Assembly (NCBI RefSeq): GCF_964204645.1 | Contig: NC_134032.1 | Coordinates: 11,272,275 to 11,336,274, forward strand | Direction: 5' to 3' | DNA length: 64,000 nucleotides | Source of the DNA: Tubulanus polymorphus | Taxonomy: Eukaryota > Animalia > Nemertea | In this document: positions 40,092-50,728 of the stretch, one piece after another | Layout: the number at the start of each line of letters is the position of its first letter | Position numbering within the stretch: position 1 is the stretch's first letter | Program-made: the position numbers and the translations under genes | The notes under the pieces: generated by a model | Told to the model about the DNA's origin: nothing | The model's database searches: none | Seen by the model: only the letters and a program-made list of their open reading frames with translations

Positions 40092-41639
40092 TATAAAAGC
40101 ATCTTGATGAACTTTTGAAGAGAGGTGCTTCATTTACAGTGTTCAAGTGTTCAAATAAAGATTAGATACTTGAATTTGGTAAGAAAAGACGTTATTGATC
40201 GCCAACTATTGATTAGCGGCATTATTGCAAAACTTGATGAATTTAATAAAAATATATTGGCTCTTTTCAATTGCCACTTTTACAACGATGAACAAATACA
40301 ATTTTGTATATATATAAACCATCGATTTTGATCCCTGTTCACCTAGATACAAGCCAGATAAACATTATTGGAATAAAATTGAGACACCGACCAGTTTTTT
40401 GAATATATTATGTTTATCAATGTACTTCGCTGTATGTACGCTTGTACTCAATGAAACATCTGTTTTTAAATGAATTTGACGTGCCTTTAGTGCGAAACGA
40501 TTGAAAATGAAATGAGATGAGATTAAATTTACACCAATTCTTGAACAGAAAACAGAAAAGTAAAAACTTCGTGTTTTCACGGGTTTGTCTGTTATGTTCG
40601 TTTGGTGATGTATGATGAATCTGCACCAATTCTTTATTTCTGCGTGATGAATTTAATGTTTTCAACGCCAGGCAGGTGCATGCTTGAAGGCGACTCTTGA
40701 AACCCATGCAATTTATATTAAATTCACCGAAGTGGTTGTAAAGTTATGCGTGTATGCGGTGTCAACTGTCAACCGTCCTGGGCAGTCATCACCTAACCGC
40801 TGTGTAGGGTGTCAACTGTTCTGTACAGTCATCACAAAACTGGTGTGTAGGGTGTCTACTGGCAATTGCCCTGTACAGTCATCACCAAACTTGTATGTTG
40901 TCAACCGTTCTGTGCATGAATCACCATACTGGGGTTTGTATAGGCCAAGGGGTCATCACCCTAGGTATCGCTTGTTATCAGCTGTAAAATTCGTCACCTA
41001 CTGAGAATCTATTTTATTCATGGAAATTCTCTTAGTTGTATATTACTAAGCATTCAGCGCCGCGCATCAATACATTCCCCGATTTACTCAGTAACTTTAC
41101 ACATTGCAGCCATACTGCCGAAAATGAGATATGAAACCGCCAACTATTGATTAGCGGCGTTATTGCAAAAATTGATGAATTTAATAAAAAATATATTGGC
41201 TCTTTTCAATTGCCACTTTTACAACGATGAACAAATACAATTTCGTATATAAACCATCGATTTTGATGCCTTTTCGTAGCATCACTACAGAGCTTCACAG
41301 ACGTGTTCATCATCTAAGCTCGTTGTTGGACGATACGACTTAAGGTAAGTTTGTGCCTACGAAATATTTATTATGGCGTAAGAATTTCTAGTTTTTAGGT
41401 TTCTTTGTACTGCGTAAAAACCGTTACAATAATGTTTATATACATTGATACTATAGTATGCGTTATTTAAGGGGTTATGCACAAGTCGATGTGCACCACG
41501 TCATCAATATAAGCTTTTCAGAACAACATTTACAATTGTGAATTTCGGCGTTTATTTCGTAACCAAGTATATACATTTCATAATGACTAGATACATCCCA
41601 CAATGATTCAGGCAAAGATGAAAAATTCTTGATTAGAAG

Positions 41640-41870
41640 AATATATATTTTGAGCAACGTTTCGGCTAAATACTATTAGCCATCATCTCGAACGTAATGA
41701 GAAACAAAATTGAAGACCACAGTGAAATTTCTACAAGATTGCCTTCACGAAAAGGTGATTCCTCGATCTATGAACTGTATCAGGAGATTCGATTCGAACT
41801 CACCCTTTCCGTCAGAAGCAAGTTCTCATCTTAAATCAGCTATCAGAAAGCTAAAGACGATTGCGATTAT
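41640..41870 (+). mobile_element. Penelope-like element fragment (N-terminal ORF remnant plus inverted LTR-like piece)
   Basis: KTTVKFLQDCLHEKVIPRS resembles the N-terminal region of Penelope-like ORFs. The adjacent minus strand reads gatga-tggctaa...ttagcc-gaaacgttg, a hammerhead-like motif. It lies in an insertion absent from paralog 1's intron. Confidence 0.5.
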
Positions 41871-42118
41871 CAATTCTACATTTCATAACTCTTATTTTAT
41901 TTTTGATAAATTCTAATAAATATTTCTTAGAGGATGTGAACTACGTCCTCAATATATCGGGTCAAGACTGGTTCAAAATCCAAAATAACTTTATTTCATT
42001 GATCCTTGATATTATTTGATTTACTATACTATTTATTGTCGACAATATTGAGCAATATATGTGTTATTTTACAAGGCGTCAATAAACTTTCAAGTTTGTT
42101 TTTTTAATTTCAGTAATC

Positions 42119-42625
42119 ATGAAAGGTTTCACGTTTACCCTGCTGTTCGTGACTTTGGCTATATTTGTGGCGGTGATTGATAGTCTATCACCCAATACCA
42201 CTACTGTTACTGTTCCACCTACAACTGCTCCACCTGCCACCACTCTACCTTACCCTACCACTACCCCAATAATAGGAGACACTTATGAATTTTTGTATCC
42301 AAATACACCCTCTACCACTACTCCCCCTCCACATTACACCACTCCTCCACCAACACCTACCACTACCCCAATGGTAGGAGACTCTTATCAATTTTTGTAT
42401 CCAAATACACCCTTGGAAGAAGATAAGTTTAACACCACAGCTCCGCCTGCCGTATTCGTAACCGGCGCCACTGATGTGAGCAGTTCAAGCTCAAGTAGTA
42501 GTTCTGAAAGCTCGGAAAGTAGTTCGAGTAGTTCGAGCAGTTCCGAAGAGGATTCCGTCGACGAGGAACCTGCTGTTATGTCGATGGTCGCTCAGAATAG
42601 AGGTAATTTCAGACGTTTTTCTTAA
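42119..42625 (+). CDS. Orphan secreted mucin-like Pro/Thr-rich, poly-Ser/Glu protein (paralog 2); C-terminus may be spliced at the 42603 donor
   Basis: Same signal peptide as paralog 1, a duplicated TTTP(I/M)xGDxYxFLYPNTP unit, and an SSSSSSSSESSESSSSSSSSSEED tract. The aatagag|gtaattt donor is shared with paralog 1. Confidence 0.72.
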   Translation: MKGFTFTLLFVTLAIFVAVIDSLSPNTTTVTVPPTTAPPATTLPYPTTTPIIGDTYEFLYPNTPSTTTPPPHYTTPPPTPTTTPMVGDSYQFLYPNTPLEEDKFNTTAPPAVFVTGATDVSSSSSSSSSESSESSSSSSSSSEEDSVDEEPAVMSMVAQNRGNFRRFS

Positions 42626-45600
42626 TAGAGCTTTCATTTGCCTTTACCCGTTTAGAGTGATCAACGTCAATTGTATTATTGACAAAAAAGGAGATCACCT
42701 TGAACGAGCGTCTGTTCATCTTTAGGGAGTCTGTTCATCTTTAGGGAGTCTGTTTATCCTAATCTTTGTTCATATTTCCAGAGTAGACAAGCGCATCATG
42801 ACTGCGACAGACAACTGGTAAAAAATTATCCAATCTACGGGCAGAATCTTCCCTTCGGAATATTGTGTTCCTGATCCTGGTCAATAAAATCTAAGCATTG
42901 ATTATATCTCAGCTGTATATGTACGTCTTCGTTTTTAAATCTCCGCTGCGACGTTCCAATTTCCACAGCATTCCTGAAAACAGAGGCGACATCTTTACTT
43001 AGATTTGATGGTGAGGATGTACATGTACAAGTTTACGGTTTTTCAAACCGTTGTACCAAACCGAAACTTATCTGATCGTTTAAGTTTATTGTTTTTACAC
43101 AAGAAAATGTCTTTCTAGCGATTGGAGTTGGTTCAAAAGGAATAAGTCCGGTATTTGAGATTTAGGTGATTTATCTGCTTGTCATATAGTTTAAAGAAGT
43201 CTCTTGCGCAATCTTCTCGTTTTTGAGAGCAGTTCTAGCATCGTTTGGAAAAGGTGAAGAGAAATCACTTAAATCTCAAATACCGGACCTATACGCGAAA
43301 ATACACTAAGTTGAGGCCTGAAAAAATAATGACCCCCTTCTAACGTCTCGCGCGACCTTAATAGTAGCCCTAGGGTCGTGAAACCTCTCAGGGACCTAGG
43401 AGAGTGTCTAATCTAAGTCTACAGAGCCTAAAAAGGGACCCTAGACCCTCGGTTGTGGAATGAGAAACTTATATTCCTTTTGGAACCAACTTCAATCGCT
43501 ACTAAACTTAGCTGCATCTCAATTGAACCGATGGGGATTCGAACTTCCGCGATCAACCAGACGAGACCGAACTGAGCGAGTGTTTCATAATAGGAGGTGC
43601 TACAGCATATCTTTCAGTCAATCGACGGGTTTTATTCTGAATAGGCCAGGCAATATGATATTGAGATCATAACTCTCGGGGAAAGATTATGTACATATAT
43701 TAATGTACATAGGATTAGGCAGCCAGATATCAACATTTTGGACACGCTATAATACTTTCTTCCCATGAAGTTGGTCAAAATACCGAGAGCTTTAGGGTGC
43801 AGGGATCAAAAAGAGGTACTTTCCCAGAGGTTTGCTTATTTATCATGATTTGGCATTAGAAAATTTCTAGATTTAGTGTCGTATTTGTGGGATCGTGCAT
43901 TTTTCGAGAATAATACGAGAGTGGGATTAGGCAATGGGGTACCCGCAAAACCAGCTATCCCGTTAGATGGCGTGACGAACAGTAGGCCGCTTGTTGCCAA
44001 AATTAATTCATTTTCAATGAAGTTTGAATTGGATTTTTAGATTCCTGAATCCATATACTATCACTGGACTCACCAAATATGAAATACTTTCATTCTTCTG
44101 ATCAGATATCGATATATTTTTCATAGATAATTGATTCATTTAAGAGAAAAGTTCATTCAGATTTAATTGAAATGCACAAGGAAATCGACGTAGACGTATA
44201 ACCAAGAATCAAGAATAACGTGTCATCACTCGTTTGTTTACGCCATTAATCATGGACGTATAACGAAAGACTTGTGAAGAAAAATGTATTTTTTCTTAGC
44301 TCTGCGCAGTCGCTGTTAGTTCAATTTGTCTCTTGGGACCCAGAAAAACAAAGATTAAATCGATCAGGATTTAAAACTTTTTGGTGAAAATTTGGCTTGG
44401 TTTCCAGATCTGTGTGTTTACGTTGACTCCGGATTCAGTTCCACAGTTGTGTGGGTTTTCACTTCACTGGGTTCGGTTCCAGTTGTAGACTCAGCTACAC
44501 GGTAGGCCTACGATTAAGGTATTTCCTTCGATGTAAATTACATTAAAAAAATACATGATATAAGAAGGAGTATCCACAGAAAAGATATTCTCGTTTTTTT
44601 GCAGTTAATCCCGAATCCACATAATCTTAAAAGGGACGACTAGGGAACGGGCGATTTAGAAGGATAAATCGGGACTGGAATGCCTGAGAATACACTGAGA
44701 ATAATTAAGAGCGGATATTACCAGAAAATTAATTTACATATGCAAATGAATTCGCGCCATGCGATACACGATGGCGCCACCAGCTGGTCGTTGTTACCGC
44801 ATCTATAAGGGCATTTGTTTTTATCATTTGGGTCATTATCATCATCTTACTTGACCATCCAAGGTTAAATGGAATTTGATAAATTATCTTTAATCCATTG
44901 AGTAGTGATAATTTTCCATCGACTTACCGCAAAAACAAATTTGAATGTGTTCCACCATATAGGCCTAAAGGATAGCTCCGAGAATACCCAAATCAGGGTA
45001 CTGCTGCTCTTTTAACCCTATTAATTAAATTCGACCGTTTGAAAGTATTGGTAAATTCTTGATTTCTCCCCAAAATAAACTTGAAATGTTTTAGTGTTAG
45101 AAATTCATCACTCATCTGTTCAGGACTTCGTTGTGTATTATAGTCTTCTTTAATTCAGAACTTTTAAAAATCTTTATCATCCAAACTAACTTTTTGACGA
45201 CTGTATGAGCTTACACAAACTAGGGGTCCAGGGTCACCATGCCCACTTGGCAAGTGGTGTCAAATGCTCAACAGTAACAATCACCCCTTGAAACTCACCA
45301 CAATCATGAAGCATGAGCTACAACTTTGCAATCGATTGTGGTAACAAAATATGTTAGGTATCAATATAATGTGGAAAAATTATTTTCCACGTACAAATGA
45401 GTACTGATGACCGCCAATTGCGTGATTATCGCCAGAATTGACATTTTTAGGCACAGAAAAGGTTACAGGACGGCCATCTTGAGTCCGATTGACCCAATTT
45501 TTCTTACGCTGATGGGCCCTTGGCGGATGCAAATACATCCGAAAGATCAAGATAATTTATCAAAGCGTCTTCAAAATTTCCATCGAAAACTAGAAATACG

Positions 45601-45895
45601 TGTAAAAAGTGCTGATTTTGGCGAACAACAATGGCTGCCAGTCGATGGCTGCCAGTCGACCATCTTAAATCTGACAGAGCCAGTTTTTGGGCTGAAGATG
45701 TGTCTACATGTACAGATACATGTGGAACCCAAATATCAAGACATTACATTGAAGTATCTTCAAAACTTCCCAAATAATTGGATTCCGTCTACGATGACGG
45801 TGACGGAAAAGTAAACGCAATAGAAAATAACAAATAATAACTTAAAAATAACAAATTCCTTTTTTAATGACTCACATTTTATTCACGAACGCATT

Positions 45896-48674
45896 TCAGG
45901 TAGATTTCATGAATGTATTGAATTCTTTAAGCGGCACTTTCGCGATGTCGCGACAAAACGTGACGTCGTCCGTGCCGACGAGTTGTTTCAACGTGACGTA
46001 ATTCGCTAATTTTGGGTCGTATTGATTCTTGCGTATTTGTTTCAGAAATTGGTGGCGTTGTTTGACGACGAATTCGCGCGTGCGTAAAATGTTCGGCCAT
46101 TGTACGATACGTTCGAACGGTATTTCCATATCGCACGTTAGATATTCACCTCGCGATATCAGCTTGTAGCGATCTGTGAGAAAATAAATAATACAAAATC
46201 AACATTTAGAATGAAGGAATCAGCTGAACATTGGGACTGTTACGTTTCTCGACACTTCATTGCTATGGACCTCCTGCAGATTTGCTGTTGTCCCTTGAGG
46301 TGTTGGAATGCACCTCATACATTACGAACATTTGTTTGTATAAAACCTATGCAGTCGGTCAACGAGTCATGCCCTAGCCAGCCAGTCAGTCAGACAAGCT
46401 AGCCATCCAGCCAGTCAGTCAGACAAGCTAGCCAGCCAGTCAGGCCAGTCACTGGATGTTAGCTGTGCTACTAGCCTAATAAATATGTGCAGATGTAGAT
46501 ATATGGAGAATTCATCTTGTTGTCCAGTCATTTGGTTTGGTGCCGTTGGTCTGATGTCTCGGGATATCTCTGTCCCAGCCATCCTTGGGGACCATTCATT
46601 TATGAAGTACCCGGTATGCACAAAATTGAATTTTTCAACCCCCCATCAACATGTACGCAAAATTGGCCATTTTTTATATACATTAAGCATTACAGTTGGC
46701 AACTGTAATAATGCGTACGTATAAATGAATGACCCCTTTTTTTACTCAATTTTCTGCCACTGTTGGCACCGATGTCTTGTCGCTATACTTACTAGTCAAA
46801 TAAACTTTAGGTTGGGCTAACAAAATTTGTTTCATGTCCATATCGGAAAACTGTAAAAACTCTTTCAAAGCCAATTGAGCTTGCTGAAATGACAAAAATA
46901 AATCCTGGTTAATCTGTGATCATTCAGAAATGAGGAAGAAATCAAATGTCCATGTCCAACTCATCCCGATTAAGCTTGAGGACTGATAGCTGTTCAACTG
47001 ACCTCAATTGTAATTTTAGGAAAGGTGACAATTTTCGGTAACCGGGTGACGACATCTCTGACTTCATCTCCTAAAATTAGAGAAATTTATTACAATTACT
47101 TTTCAGGGCTTTTATTAGATATGGGTATATCCCATGTCTACATAGCACAGGGTTTGTAGCAGTCAGGCCGAGGCATAAGTCAGCAATATTTCGTGAATCC
47201 AAAAATCCAGCAGCCAGTTCCCAGCATTGTTCTAAATCAACAGCCATTGAGTGAAAGAATGCATCTACAAAAAGCATCTACAGTCGACGCCGATATACCA
47301 CCCACATTGGTGCCCAATGAGAGGTATAGAGAGTATGGCGGTATATCAGGGGTGTTTCACTATGTATTTGTATCGAGATGTACATCGAGAAAACCTGGTG
47401 GCAGGCGGGGATGGCGGTATAGAGAGTATGGTGGTACACTGGGGGTGTTTTACTATGTATTTATATCGACATGTTCATTGAGAAAACCTGGTAGGTGGGG
47501 GTGGCGGTAAATGGGAGGGCTGTATATCGGGGGTTGACTGTATTGCAATTTCAGTTTTTTCAGTGAACATCCAACAGAGGGCGCTCATCACCGATAAGGA
47601 CGTACCCGTTAAACGAAACTGTGTTTGTAAATACCCCAAACGTTCGTCGATCTTAAAAGTCGTCGTCGTCAAATAAAACGGCGCTTTATGAACGATGCGC
47701 CCGATCGCGTCGGCGTCGAATCGCTTCGATTCCAAATAGTTTACGCGAATCTGCAAATCGTCCAACGATTCTTTAAACACATACGGATTCTTCGTGATGA
47801 ACTCGCCGACGGCGTCGCGCGGCACGCCGATACGGTGCAAGAACTGCAAAATCGGTTTCACGTCTCGTTCAAAATCCAAGCGCACGATCATCTCGGCGAT
47901 ATCCGACGATTTCTTCGTTTCCAATCGCGATAAATCGACGCCCATTTCGACGAAATTTCGAAGCGTCGGCGATTCATTGACGTACGCGGCGAGATTCCCA
48001 GCCGGTTTCGGCGCCGGTCGTTTCGCGACGTCGCGCTCGACGAGGGAACGCGCGATCCGACGCGTGCGTTTGACGACCTCGCGTTTCACGGCGTCGTCGC
48101 CGGGGACGTCTGAAACGTCGAGTATTTTACCGGGGAAAACATTTTTCAATTTCGATTCTTCGGAATCTAAATCGTTTCTATCGCGGACTGACAAATTTTC
48201 AGCGCGATTTCGAAGTTCCGTGAACTCTGACTTTTCTAATCCCGATCCAAAATCGCTTGTGACGTTCTGCGATTGTAAAATCGAGTCTTGCATTCCAATT
48301 CCAACTTGATTCTTATCGGAATTCAAATCCGTTTTCGAATCATCAACAGATTTTTCGCTAAACTCAGAGAAATTTTTCGCTTGAATTTCACCGCGATCCT
48401 CTTCGAGTTGAGAACCTCCTGAATGGATGGGAATGTTATACTTATCGAACGGGTCGAAATCTTTCAGTTTCTGGAGTCTTCGCGATTCGAGCGCTCGGTT
48501 TTTAAAGTATTGCTCGTCCGAGGAAAGCTTTTTTACTCCGACACCCTCACTCCGATTTCCGGATGATGAATTATCCGATGATGACGACGACGATGAACAA
48601 TGTCTCGCCAGCCTCCATACCTGATATCGGTTGCAACCGACGGTTGTTACTGTTCGATGACCAAGCCGGTACAT
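45896..48674 (-). CDS. MTERF3: Mitochondrial transcription termination factor 3; exons 48674-47606, 47070-47003, 46883-46793, 46173-45896; probable non-coding exon upstream of ~50425
   Basis: Arg/Ser-rich presequence, then NLAAYVNESPTLRNFVEMGVDLS...LDFERDVKP...RVNYLESKRF...KQRHQFLKQI..NQYDPKLANYVTLKQLV..DDVTFC...FNTFMKST, matching MTERF3. Confidence 0.93.
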
Positions 48675-49042
48675 CTTCACCCTGAAATTCAAAACAAAAA
48701 CAAAAATGAAGAGTTTTTAACCCTTAGTTAGTTACCGTTGGTGGCAGGCTTGTAAAATCTGATGGGTTTGTACCAATGAAGATTTTGATAAACAAGGACA
48801 ATAAATACCGATACCTTTAAAAAAGTTGAAAAGGCCGAGGGACATTCCTGACAGGATCGTTGCCCATCCAGCAGATTAATATTAATTTGGAATATATCGA
48901 ACTGTTTCGGTCAGTGTCTCTTTTAGCATTCATATTTTATTGCCGTGTCTGTCCTATGTAATTTTGATATTATACGGATGCAATAAATTTTGAATTGAAT
49001 TGGTCGCTAATTGGTACATAAAAAAATTTTTTCTATAAAACC

Positions 49043-50336
49043 CACAGGGACTTGTCACGATTGATAATGGATGAGACCAATGATGGGGGTACCAGTATCC
49101 CTGCAACTGTATAATAAAATAACAAGGGTGGCAACAAATTTTCAATCTGACAATGACTTCTCCACTTCAATCGACTGTAATTCCAAAAATCCTCAACCGA
49201 TTCACATGAAATAAGCTTTAATACAACCTAGAAGACTTTCTGCTTCGAACGAGCCTACAACCACCACTCTCCGACAATTATCTCACAACGAAATCACCTT
49301 TTTTTGACGAGAGATAGCTCAAAATGGAGGTGTACCGATTCTATGGTGGACAGCAAAATGGTCGTTTTTTTCAATTCAAACGATGATTTCTATGTGAGAT
49401 CTTAGAGATAACCCCAACAAACCATACATTTTTTAAAACTACGCGGTCATACCTGTACGCTTATCTCATTTATTTGTATAATCCACGCGATGGGTGAGCT
49501 CACAAGCTCAAAATTGAAAATGAGGACGAACACGGTGTTCAACTTGTCATCAACTGGGCGGCCATTAATCACGTGATATCGTAGTAACGGGCTAAATATT
49601 TCACGCGCATTGATTGGCTTAGAGATTTCGAAAAACATTACAAAATTTATTAAAAGTTCTGTTAATTAATAAAATATCCGTATTATGAAAATATAGTGCA
49701 ACATTCGTCTGAGGGGTGGTATTATTAGCAAATATTTCCTTTTTTCAAGTCTACAGACGTAGACTTGTCGCGGTTCTATTAACATAGCCCGAACCTGCAC
49801 GTCACGTGATTAATGGCCGCCAGCGCGATAGTGCGAGGTGACTTTTTCGTATATTTGTTCGATTTTGAGCTTGTGAGCTCACCCATCGCAAGGATTATAC
49901 AAATAAATGAGATAAGCGTACAGGTATGATCGCATAGTTTTAAAAAATGTATGGTTTGTTGGGGTTATCTCTAAGATTTCACATAGAAATCATCGTTTGA
50001 AGTGAAAAATACGACCATTTTGCTGTCCACCATAGAATCGGTACACCTCCAATTTGAGCTATCTCTCGTCAAAAAACGGTGATTTCGTTGTGAGATAATT
50101 GTCCTAGAGTGGTGGTTAAAGGCTCGTTGGAAGCAGAAAGTCTTCTAGGTTGTATTAAAGCTTATTTCATGTGAATCGGTTGAGAATTTTTGGAATTACA
50201 GTCGATTGAAGTGTAGAAGTCATTGTCAGATTGAAAATTTGTTGCCACCCTCGTTTTTTATATTATACAGGGATAGTGGACCTGGTCATTGATGTTGGTT
50301 TTATTCATTCACTATCAATTGTGACAAGTCCCTGTG
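49043..50336. mobile_element. Non-autonomous foldback DNA transposon (~535-bp TIRs, 8-bp TSD), P/Galileo- or hAT-like
   Basis: Arms 49043-49577 and 49802-50336 are highly similar inverted repeats with termini CACAGGG...CCCTGTG. The direct repeat ATAAAACC flanks it at 49035-49042 and 50337-50344. Confidence 0.9.
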
Positions 50337-50424
50337 ATAAAACCCACCACTAATTTTCATCTGTAACTCCATTGAGCAAAGCAATTTTCAATATAAATGA
50401 TAAATAAATACAAGTAAGACCTAC

Positions 50425-50728
50425 CTTGAAAATGCGGTTAACTGCCTTAATATCAGATTTTTAGCATCAAAAACGAACTTTTAAAGCGGCGAAATTGAAG
50501 TTTTCAGAATTGAGCGGCTCCACACATCTACTAAATTCAAAGATGGAATTTATTCGAAGTTCTTTTTCAGATAAAATCAAATTTTTTTTAAAGTACAGCA
50601 ATCATATCATGTTATAGTTTTCAATCACATGAAAATTGATAACAATCATAACATTAACAATCGATGACTCTTGGCTGCGGTCACGGTTGATCGGATCCAA
50701 ATCGGTGACCTTCAAAAAAGGAATAAAG
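50425..50728. promoter_or_regulatory. Probable bidirectional promoter shared by MTERF3 and IF1
   Basis: A minus-strand donor (aag|gtaggt) at ~50425 sits ~300 bp from the IF1 ATG at 50729. A YY1-like aagatggcgg overlaps the IF1 start. Confidence 0.5.

Noticed and set aside
45407-45814. 135-aa ORF as a gene
   Set aside because: No recognisable domain or splice context, and it contains internal short repeats (gatggctgccagtcg x2) typical of a non-autonomous repeat.
47688-48624. Plus-strand ORFs of 65-171 aa opposite MTERF3
   Set aside because: Antisense shadows of a real exon with no recognisable motifs.
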